Positions 53,401 to 64,000 of a stretch of 64,000 nt of DNA are shown here, piece after piece. Position 1 is the first letter of the stretch; the number at the start of each line of letters is the position of its first letter. Location of the stretch: contig OZ024741.1 in assembly GCA_964016885.1 (NCBI GenBank), forward strand, positions 269,762,001 to 269,826,000. The letters are read 5' to 3'. Position numbers and translations under genes: made by a program. The stretch comes from Eledone cirrhosa (Eukaryota). Below the pieces are notes generated by a model. It saw only the letters and a list, made by a program, of their open reading frames with translations, did not search any database and had not been told where the DNA came from.

Positions 53401-56400
53401 GTTTGTCTCATTGACACAATACCATTTGATCAATCCAACAGATATGGTTATTCTCATTGACAATATACCAATTGATCACTAACAACTACGGTTATTCTCA
53501 TTGACAAAATACCATTTGATCACACCAACAGATATGGTTAGTTTCACTGACAAAATACTATTTGATCAATCTGACAAATATGGTTACTCTCATTAACGAA
53601 ATACCAATTTATCACTGTAACATATAAGGTTATTCTCATTGACAAAATACCATTTGATCACACCAACAGATATGGTTAGTTTCACTGACAAAATACCATT
53701 TGATGACTCCTTCAGATAAAGGTAGTCTCATTGACAAAATACCAATTGAACGCTGCAACACTTGATGTCATTCTCATTGACACAATACCATTTGATCTCT
53801 CCAACCGATAAGGTTAGTCTCATTCACAAAATACCATTTGGTCACTCCTGCATATATGGTTATTCTCATTGAAAGAATATCATTTGATCTCTCCGACAGG
53901 TACGAGTACTCTCACTGACAATATACCGTTTGATCGTCCCAACAGTTAAGGTTATTCTCACTGACAAAATACCATTTGATCACTTCAACAGATACGGTTA
54001 GTCTCAATGACAAAATACCATTTGATCTCTCTAACAGATATGGTTAGTCTCCCTGACAAATTACCATTTGATCACTCCAGCATATATGGTTAGTCTCATT
54101 TATAAAATACCATTTCATCACTCCAACAGACATGGCTCGTCTCACTGACAGAATACCATTTTATCACTCCAGAAGATATGGTTAGTCTCATTGACAAAAT
54201 ACTATTTGATCACCCGAACAGTTAAAGTTAGTCTCATTGGAAAAATACCATTTGATCACTCCATCTGATATGGTTATTCTCATTTACAAAATACCATTTG
54301 ATCACACCACCAGATATGGTTAGTCTCACTGACAAAATACCATTTGATCAATTCAACAGATATAATACCATTTGATCCCTCTAACAAATAAGGTTATTGT
54401 CATTGATAAAACATCATTTGATCACACCACCATATATGGTTAGTCTCATTGACAAAATACCATTTGATATCACCAACAGGTACGAATACTCTCACTGACA
54501 AAATACCATTTTATCACTCCAACAGACATGGGTAGTCTCCCTGACAAATTACGATTTGATCACTCCAACATATATGATTAGTCTCATTGATAAAATACCA
54601 TTTGATCACTCTAACAGATATGTTTATTCTCATTGACAAAGTGCCATTTCATCACACCAACAGTTAAGGTTTGTCTCATTGACAAAATACCATTTGATCA
54701 TTCCATCTGATTTGGTTAGTCTCATTGAAAAAATACCATTTGATCACTCCATCTGATATGGTTTGTCTCATTGACTCAATACCATTTGATCTCTCCAACC
54801 TATATGGTTAGTCTCACTGACAAAATACCAATTGATCTCTCTAACAAATAAGTTTATTGTCATTGAAAAAATACCATTTGATCACACCACCAGATATGGT
54901 TAGCCTCACTGACAAAATACAATTTGATCTCTCCGACAGATAATGTTAGTCCCATTGACAAAATACCATTTGATCTCTCCAACAGATATGTTCAGTCTCA
55001 CTGTCAAAATACTATTTGATCAATTCAACACATATAATTACTGTCATTGACAAAATACCATTTGATCACACCACCATATATGATTAGTCTCATTGACAAA
55101 ATACCATTTGACATCTCCAACAGGTACGAGTACTCTCACTGACAAAATACCATTTTATCACTCCAACAGACATGGGTAGTCTCCCTGACAAATTACCATT
55201 TGACAACTCCAACATATATGATTAGTCTCATTGATAAAATACCATTTGATCACTGAAACAGATAAGGTTATTCTCATTGACAAAGTGCCATTTCATCAAT
55301 CCAACAAATATGGTTAGTTTCATTCACAAAATACTATTTAATCACCCCAAAAGTTAAGGTTAGTCTCATTGACAAAATACCATTTGATCATTCCATCTGA
55401 TATGGTTAGTCTCATTGACAAAATACCATTTGATCATTCCATCTGATATGGTTAGTCTCACTGACAAAATACCAATTGATCACTCTAACAAATAAGGTTA
55501 TTCTCATTGATAAAATACCATTTGATTACACCACCATATATGGTTAGTCTCACTGACAAAATAAAATTTGATCTCTCTAACAAATAAAGTTATTGTCATT
55601 GACAAAATACCATTTGATCACACTACCAGATATGGTTAGTCTCACTAACAAAATACAATTTGATCTCTCCGACAGATAAGGTTAGTCCCATTGACAAAAT
55701 ACCATTTGATCACTCCAACTGATATGTTTAGTCTCATTCACAAAATACCATTTGATCTCTCCAACAATATGGTTAGTCTCACTGACAAAATACCATTTGA
55801 TCAATTGAACAGATATAATTATTCCCATTGACAAAATACCAATTGATCCCTCTAACAAATAAGGTTATTCTCATTGACAAAATACCATTTGATCACACCA
55901 CCATATATGGTTAGTCTCACTGACAAAATACCATTTGATCTCTCCAACAGGTACGAGTACTCTCCCTGACAAAATACCATTTTATCTCTCCAACAGATAA
56001 TGTTAGTCTCACTGACAAAATACCATTTGATCCCTCCAACAGATATGGTTAGTCTTCCTGACAATTTACCATTTGATCGCTCCAACCTATATGGTTATTC
56101 TCACTGACATAATGCCATTTGATCACTCCAACAGATATGGGTCGTCTCACTGACATTGATTGCTCCAACAGATGAGGTTTGTCTCATTGACACAATACCA
56201 TTTGATCAATCCAACAGATATGGTTATTCTCATTGACAATATACCAATTGATCACTAACAACTACGGTTATTCTCATTGACAAAATACCATTTGATCACA
56301 CCACCAGATATGGTTAGTCTCACTGACAAAATACAATTTGATCTCTCCAACAGATAAGGTTAGACTCATTGACAAAATACCATTTGATCACTCCACCAGA

Positions 56401-57204
56401 TATGGTTATTCTCACTGACAAAATACCATTTGATCACTCCAACAAATATGGTTAGTCGTATTGACAAAATGCCATTTCATATCTCCAACAGATATGTTAA
56501 ATCTCACTGACAAACTACAATTTGATCACTCCAGCAGATATGGATATTCTCACTGACAAACTACCATTTGATCACTCCAACAAATATGGTTAGTCGCATT
56601 GACAAAATGCCATTTCATATCTCCAACAGATATGTTAAATCTCACTGACAAACTACAATTTGATCACTCCAACAGATATGGATATTCTCACTGACAAACT
56701 ACCATTTGATCACTCCAACAAATATGGTTAGTCGCATTGACAAAATGCCATTTCATATCTCCAACAGAAATGTTAAATATCACTGACAAACTACAAATTG
56801 ATCACTCCAGCAGATATGGATATTCTCAGTGACAAACTACCATTTGATCACTCCAACAAATATGGTTAGTCGCATTGACAAAATGCCATTTCATATCTCC
56901 AACAGAAATGTTAAATATCACTGACAAACTACAAATTGATCACTCCAGCAGATATGGATATTCTCACTGACAAACTACCATTTGATCACCCCAACACATA
57001 TGGCTATTCTCTCTGACAAAACACATTTCAGTCACTCCAACAGATATGGTTAGTCCCGTTGATAAAATACCATTTGGTTACTCCAACTTATATGGTTATT
57101 CTCAGTGACAACATACCATTTGATCACTCCAACAGATATGGTTAGTCTCACTGACAAAATACCATTTGATCACTCCAACAGATATGGTTAGTCTCATTGA
57201 CAAA
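32451..57204. repeat. 46-bp satellite array (~24.7 kb, roughly 540 monomers by length), consensus GATCACTCCAACAGATATGGTTAGTCTCACTGACAAAATACCATTT
   Basis: Uninterrupted head-to-tail monomers. Higher-order repeats are evident from ~40 to 56.3 kb. Confidence 0.98.
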
Positions 57205-57800
57205 TTTTAACAGAGTTTTAACAATAACTTTACGAACTTGATTTAACTTGTTTCTATAGAGGTAGTTTCGTATTGGATCTGATTGTTGGTGATGGTGGAG
57301 GTGGTGGAGGGAATGCGTTGTCTAGGCGGTGATGGTGGTGCTGTTTATGTGAGAGTGGAGGGGTTAGGGTTTTAATGGTGTTAACATTGATGGTATTTGA
57401 TCTCTCCAACAGATAAGTTTAGTCTCATTGACACTCCACCAGATATCGTTAGTCTCATTGACAAAATACAATTTGATTACTCCAACAGATATGGTTACTC
57501 TCATTGACAAAATACCATTTGATCTCTCCAACATATATGGTTATTCTTATTGACAAAATACCATTTGATCTCTCCAACAGATATGGCTCGTCTCACTGAC
57601 AAAATTTTACAGAGATTTAACAATAACTTTACAAATTTGTTTTAACTTGTTTCTATAGAGGGAGTTTCGTATTGGATCTGATTGTTGGTGGTGGTGGTGG
57701 AGGGGATGCGTTGTCTAGAGGGTGATGGTGATGGTGGTGCTGATGATGTGAGAGGGGAGGTGTTAGTTGTTTTAGTTTTGTTAACATTGATGGTATTGGT
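57205..57800. repeat. ~400-bp tandem duplication spanning the satellite/flank junction
   Basis: 57205-57396 matches 57605-57800, with about 4.5 satellite monomers (57397-57604) between them. Confidence 0.88.
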
Positions 57801-58200
57801 GGTGGTGACGGGTGTTGATGGTGGTGGTGCGGTGGTGACGGCTGTTGATGGTGGTGGTGGTGACGGTTGTTAATGGTGGTGACGGGTCTTGATGGTGTTG
57901 CTGGTGCTGGTGTTGGTGCTGGTGGTGGTGCTGTTTCTGATGGTGGTGGTGACGGGTGTTGATGGTGGTGGTAATTTTTCTTTTGTTTTTTTTATGTGTT
58001 GAGTTTAATTGGTTTTCAATGTTGATATTGTTGTTGTTATTGCTATTGTTTTACTTTTGTTATTCTTGCTATTATTGCAAATGTTATTGTTAGTGTTATT
58101 GCTATTGTTGTTGTTGTTATTATTGCCGTTGTCTCACATTTGTTGTTGTAGTTACTGTTAGTGTAACTGTTAATGTTATTGCTGTTGTTGTTGTTTAATA
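57800..58200. repeat. GGT- and GTT-rich low-complexity tract
   Basis: Direct reading. Confidence 0.9.
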
Positions 58201-58911
58201 TTTTTTCCTTATTTTACTGTAATCGATTTATCGATTTATTGATGATAAAATAGTATTTTGTCTGTTTATTGTCTTCCCAATATTTTGGGACATGAATGGA
58301 ATTGTGTGTCACATTAAGTAGAGGAAGAAAGAATTAGTTCATAGTGTCATAAAAGTTATATATATGTGTGTGTGCATATATATATATGAATATATACATA
58401 TATATATGCATATATGCATGAGCGTGTGTATTTACCTAAGTGTATGTATGTAATAGTATAATATATGTGTGTATATATATATAAGTTTATGTTTGTATAT
58501 GTTAGTATATGTACGAATATGTCTGCATATACATGTGTGGTGTGGTACGTGGATGTATGCTTATACATGTCTACAGTTGATATGCATATGTGTGAGTATG
58601 TATATGTGAAAATTAGTCTCTGTGCCTGTGTGTGTATGCGTGATAATGTGTATATGTGCGTGTGTGTGTCAGTGTGTGATATTGTGTTTATATTTCTATT
58701 AGTTAGTCAGTAATGACTATACCACAATGGACTGGTTTGGGTTTTCCTTGATAATTTGAAAATCACATTCTTTATAACATTAAATTATTGACTGTATTTT
58801 GACGGGTCATAAAAACTATATAGATTTTTTTTTAAGTGGAAGAGGAAAATGGTCCTTATTCCTGTGGACATTGATTGAATAAGCAATATTTCAGAGGTTT
58901 GAACTGTTTGT

Positions 58912-59118
58912 TGACACTCTAAAGAGTTCAGGTGACACCAGTAATTGCGTACTGCTCCCATACCTGACAGCCTGCTACAGAGTGTTACTGACACTCTAAA
59001 GAGTTCAGGTGAGACCAGCAATTGCGTATTGTTCCCATACCTGACAGCCTGCTACAGAGTGTTACTGACACTCTAAAGAGTTCAGGTGACACCAGCAATT
59101 GCGTATTGTTCCCATACC
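58912..59118. repeat. 77-bp tandem repeat, about 2.7 copies
   Basis: TGACACTCTAAAGAGTTCAGGTGA starts at 58912, 58989 and 59066. Confidence 0.92.
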
Positions 59119-59930
59119 ATCCCGCTGCGGAGACCTATGAAAATCTTAACTCAAATCCAAAAGAAAGCAATCCGATTCATTGCTAAGAAATCGCTCAACA
59201 ATGCACTTCAATTTCAAACTCCCGGACATGCTTTCTTCTCCCTCTCTCTTTCTTCTACAGCTACTACTACAACAGCGTCTTCTCCTCTGGGTTAGTGAGT
59301 TGCAGACCACCTCAAACGAATTCCACCTGATGCACTCGTCTTCTCTCGTCACCGATTGTGGTATTTCCCCATCACCTGTCATTATCATCTTGGTGTGCTG
59401 GTTGTACGGATCGTCATGATTCTCCCTCACCATTCGTCTCGGTCGTCCATTGTTTGTGACAGCTCCTCCAGATTTCACACAGCATCCTCACTTAGCTGTT
59501 TGATGTAGGTTCTGTGAGGTCTACCCATGTTCGGATATCTATGCTTTCGTATCCAACACATCGCTGACAATTTCACCCTTTGTTTTCCGGTAATGTTCTG
59601 CTTCGTCTCTGTCTGATATTATGAAACATTGCAGGTAGAACCAACGGTGTATCTCACGTGATGCGGAACGGAAGAACGTTCTTGGTCAACGGTCAAGATC
59701 ACAAAATTTAGTCGGTGAGCTACTGCAACACATCTACAGGTGTGGCGTCCGCAGGTAAGAACTTACCCATCAAAAGATTAGCATGACTCGAGCCCTCACT
59801 TGTACTAACTTTAAATCCTTCCTTCCCAGAACGTTCTCACTCTCGAGTTTCACCACCTCACCACACCCGGTCCTGCTTTTCTCTGCAACCGTCACCTGTA
59901 GTTGTTCAAGCCGGCCGTCAACCACATCAA
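59095..59930 (+). mobile_element. Old CR1/L2-group LINE 3' relic interrupted by other fragments
   Basis: YCSH...QIQKKAIRFI...SLSLFYSYYY, and later FKSFLPRT...FKPAVN-like remnants. Confidence 0.5.
59375..59640 (-). mobile_element. Old RTE-group LINE 3' relic
   Basis: Minus translation GRPHRTYIKQLSEDAV...LEELSQTMDDRDEW. Confidence 0.55.
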
Positions 59931-60254
59931 CCTCATCAATCTTTATACTTAAAACGAATGATTTGGGGGTGGGGACTAGAATTAGCAAGCAGATCAGCCT
60001 CAAATCACACCCTAATGTCTTAAATACATAAGGATATATTAGATAATGTTTGCAATGTTTGAGCCGTTAGAGTGTATAACAAAATGCCTTGTGGTTTTTA
60101 TACCAGCTCTCTACAGTTGTTTCATTTCAAATCCCGCTGAAGCCAGCTTCTGGGGTAAATAGAATACGGAACCTGACCAAAGCCGTGGATTGGCAAAATC
60201 GGTAGAGCATCGAACGAGTTGTACACTTGTAAATCGGAGCAGAAGAACTGGGGG

Positions 60255-63145
60255 AAGACACTGTCTTCGGCAGTCCTTCCAATTCATTGTCATGTTTGGC
60301 ATACAGCTTCAACTCATCCATATGCAGCAGGTGATTTATGGTTTTGTAGCCATATTTTGTTTCGTAAAGCGCTAAAGACAGCGATCTTAGTGAAATGTAA
60401 AATATCAGAAGAGAAGCGAATCATCTTGAAACATATAACAGTTAATACTGAAGCTGCTAGAATTTATAATTCCATCACTGTGTGATGATGATAGGTTTGT
60501 ATTTCGTATAGACATGTTGTATTTCAGGAAGTTTGATATTACTGAGGACATTTCCAGAACGACCAAAGTTTTCAAAATCCATGAGTGTGGAACACTATCA
60601 AATGCTTTTTTTATAGTCAATCCTAGCAATACTCAAACTTCTGTACTTGCTATGACAGTTTTCTAGAATCATATGGTTGACGAGAAGTTGGTCTTTGCAA
60701 CCGTAAGGCTCAAGGAGACAACCTTTCTGCTCGATAAGGAAAAGACGGTTTTCAGCCATAAATTTGTAAGTTGTTTTCAATGAAGAGTGAAGTAAGAATT
60801 ATGTACGGTGTGGGAAAACGAGTGATATGACGATAATGTTTTGGAATATTTGTTTCTATCAATTTTGGCAAGAGATACGTTATACCTTGTACAAACCAAT
60901 CAGCAGTTTTCTCATGGTTGTACATAATCTTATTATAACATTTTACTAACGTATCGTGGGTAGAAGTTAGAAAAGATAATCAGAAGTTTGGCACTTTATC
61001 AATACCAGATTTCTATTTGTTAGCTTTCTTTAATTCCAACTCCAGTTCTTCCATAATTCATGTCTTACCAAGTTTGCCTTTATAAATCATCATGTTTCTT
61101 CCATGTTCTTTATCCATTCTCCATTCACATTATGAGATTTTTCTGTGCTCCATACTGTTTTCCAGCATTCTTAGATTTCCTGAATTGAAAGAGGTCCTTT
61201 ACTTGAATTGTCCCTGTACCAATTTCCCTATAAAATCTTTTTGCATCTGACATAAACAGCTTATTTTGCCTGTAAAACCCATTTCGCTTTTCCAATCTTC
61301 TGATTCTTTGAGTTTTCAGCTGTACTTTCTGTTTCAGGATTTCTTTGATTGATAGAATATCAGGTTTTGAAGTTGCTTTGTATTTCTTAATCACTTCGCT
61401 TCCTTTTGTTAACTTGACAGATTTCCCAGTACATATTTCATCTAAGATCGATAATTCTGTTCTCATCATTTCAGTTTCTTTCTCAATTTTTATCTTCCTG
61501 GGTGGTCTTTTTTGTGAGAGTTGTGTCCTTTTTGCTTTTTTCTTAACATACGTTTCCATTACCGTTGAGGCTGCATAAATAACCTCATTCAATCCTGATA
61601 CATCAGGCTCGATCTCTTCAATTATTGCTTTAACAGCTTAATTTTCAGTTCTCATGTGACTTTTGTTCTGGTTGTTGCTTGTCAATTTTTGCAAGGACTC
61701 TTTTTCATCCATACTAAAGTTGTTTTTCTAAATTCATTGAGAATATCTTGTTTAGTTTGTTTTATCTGATCATTATGTTCATCATCACCATCATCATTTT
61801 ACGTCTGATTTTCCCTGCTTGCAAGGGTGGGACAGGTCCTATTCAGCACAGAATCTCTCCACTTGTCACGGTCCTTTGTCATCTCCTCCGTGAGCTTCAG
61901 CAATCTGAGGTCTGCTCTCACCACCTCCGCCCATGTTTTTCATGGTCTTCCTCTACTGCGTCTTCCTTCTACTGGCATTTCTTGGCACTTCTTCACCCAG
62001 CGGTCATCCTCCATGCGCATCACATGTCCATACCATCTCAGCTTTCTCTCCTGCACACCACAACTTATCCCTCTTATACCCAGTTTCTTTCTCAACTCGT
62101 CTATGCTTGGTCGTTCACGCACATTGGCATTGCACATCCAACGGAGCATGCTTGCTTCATTTCTCTCCAGCCGTCGCATATCCTCTGCAGTTGCTGCCCA
62201 TGTCTCACCACCATGCAGCATCGCGCATCTCACACAGGCATCATATAACCGGCCTTTCGTACGCAGGGAGAAACTCTTCTTTGTCAGCAGACGAAGTAGC
62301 TCCCTAAATTTCTTCCAACCCGTCCTTATTCTAGATACTATGGCCTCAGAACACCCCCCTCCCATGCTAATCTGATCATAAGTAGAAATATCCTTATCCA
62401 TATTGTCAACCTGTCTTTCAGCTTGACCCCGCTCAGTTATGTTTCTGATACTTTCAATCCTCTGTGGAATCTCTCCTGGTGTCAACATAGTCAATACGTT
62501 TTGTGGTGTCTCTTGTCACATATTCATTTGAATCCCTTTCTGATATTGGTATTCTCAAATCGTTTTCAAAATTTTTCTTAATTTCATTTAACTCTGCATC
62601 TTTAGTCTCTTGTTTCTAAGAATATCTCTTCTAACATTTGCAGGTTTGGTCTTCTTTCTGGATTTCTTTCCCACCATATTCTAAAAGAATTTACTGAGTG
62701 TTTTGGTCTGATAGTTTGCCTAATGAGTGATAGAAGCGTATATCACTTCTTTATACTCTTCTAGAGTCCATTTGATACGTTGAGTTTTTTTGTTTTCCTC
62801 GTGGTGCTGAACTTGAAGGTCTAGGGTTAGGATTATTCTCGTTCAAATGACCATTCAAGTCTGTATTTGACGAACTCGTTTCAGCTGCAGACTTTTCCAC
62901 CCTAGGCTGATTCCTCCTGGGAGACACAGACCCTGTTGACCCGGACGACGACTGATCCAGTATGTGTTTTTGTCTGTAGACATCGTGGGCCTTTTTGTTT
63001 GTTTCTTTGTCCGTTTTATTCTTCACCACTAGGTAGTGCTTTTGTTCAATATATCCCCTCTAGGATGATTAGTGAGTTAGTCCTCACCATGTGACACAGC
63101 TACCCACCGCCGGATGCCAGCAAGTTATTTCTTGCCCACGGGTTT
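60255..63145 (-). mobile_element. R4/Dong-type RLE LINE, 5' portion (5'UTR, N-terminus, RT up to the DD motif), decayed
   Basis: LKQKVQLKTQRIRR...QNKLFMSDAKRFYREI, EQKGC...GCKDQLLVN, KKAFDSVPHSWI, MDELKLYAK. The 5' end abuts (TAA)n at 63146-63159. Confidence 0.88.
61774..62369 (-). mobile_element. 5'-truncated RTE LINE nested in the Dong-type element
   Basis: GGGCSEAIVSRIRTGWKKFREL...LRWYGHVMRM...GRRSRGRP with a (GAT)n tail at 61780-61797. Candidate TSD ATCTGATCAT at 61764-61773 and 62370-62379. Confidence 0.9.
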
Positions 63146-63164
63146 TATTATTATTATTAGTGCC

Positions 63165-63358
63165 AGGGTGGGGGATTGGCAGTATCAGTAGAGGATCGGA
63201 CGCCATGCTTTGCAGCAAAGAGTTACGGCCCTTTATGGTGTGAGTTCAAATCCCACCGAGGTTAGCTTTACCTTTCATCCTTATGGGGTCGATAAAATAA
63301 AGTACCAGTAATACACTGGATTAATTGCTGGCCTTGTGCCTAAAGTAGAAACAATTAT
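63165..63358 (+). mobile_element. tRNA-derived SINE (third copy)
   Basis: A box TGGCAGTATCAG, B box GAGTTCAAATCC and the same core as the other two copies. Confidence 0.85.
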
Positions 63359-63417
63359 TGGTGCTGACTTTAAAGTCTTCCTCGTGTAAACCATTTGTTG
63401 TTAATAAAGACATCCTT

Positions 63418-64000
63418 ACCACGACCACCAACACCACCACCACCACTACCACCACTACCACCACCACCACTACCACCTCCACCACCACCACCATCACCAC
63501 CACCACCACTACCACCACTACCACCACCACCACTACCACCTCCACCACCACCACCACCACCACCACTACCACCACCACCACCACTACCACCACTACCACC
63601 ACTACCACCACCACCACCACCACCACCACTACCACCACCACCACCACTACCACCACTACCACCACTACCACCACCACCACTACCACCTCCACCACCACCA
63701 CCATCACCACCACCACCACTACCACCACTACCACCACCACCACTACCACCTCCACCACCACCACCACCTCCACCACCACCACCACCACCACTACCACCAC
63801 CACCACCACTACCACCACTACCACCACCACCACTACCACCACCACCACCACCACCTCCACCACCACCACCATCACCACCACCCCACTACCACCACTACCA
63901 CCACCACCACTACCACCACCACCATCACTACCACTGCCACCACTACCACCACCACCACCAACATCACCACCACTACCACCACCACCACGACCACCAATAC
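63418..64000. repeat. (ACC)n / (ACCACT)n compound microsatellite
   Basis: Direct reading. Confidence 0.97.

Noticed and set aside
35663-56085. Short ORFs inside the satellite, e.g. the repeated 77-aa MERSNGKL ORF
   Set aside because: Chance translations of the 46-bp repeat; their recurrence only marks the HOR period.
32451-57204. CRISPR-like array (constant block plus variable block)
   Set aside because: The variable parts are mutated versions of one consensus rather than unique spacers. There are no cas genes and the context is eukaryotic.
59725-59770. Splice-like motifs on both strands (CAGGTAAG...CTTACC) suggesting a host exon
   Set aside because: They lie among LINE relics with no coherent exon ORF, so a host gene cannot be supported.
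61940-62494. 184-aa ORF as a novel fusion protein
   Set aside because: An accidental in-frame join of Dong N-terminal sequence with a truncated RTE insertion, both decayed.
63418-64000. Telomeric repeat
   Set aside because: The unit is ACC/ACCACT, not TTAGGG/CCCTAA.

Overview
This is a repeat-saturated animal genome window with no recognisable host gene. The tRNA-derived SINE and the microsatellite spectrum suggest a coleoid cephalopod, which is inference. Bases 1-32.2 kb are nested transposons: a decayed L1/Tx1-type ORF1, three Penelope-like elements (PLEs; one keeps an 861-codon RT + GIY-YIG ORF), several R4/Dong-type RLE LINEs, RTE fragments, two Tc1/mariner relics, a hAT-type MITE and SINEs. 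The most striking pattern is a set of unrelated fold-back (inverted-repeat) units sitting in (TA)n tracts, most carrying a minimal hammerhead-ribozyme motif, some with non-canonical cores. Bases 32.45-57.2 kb are a ~24.7 kb array of a 46-bp satellite with layered higher-order repeats (~2.6 kb). The last 6.5 kb are low-complexity DNA and further nested LINE relics. All alignments were done by eye, so boundaries may be off by several bases.
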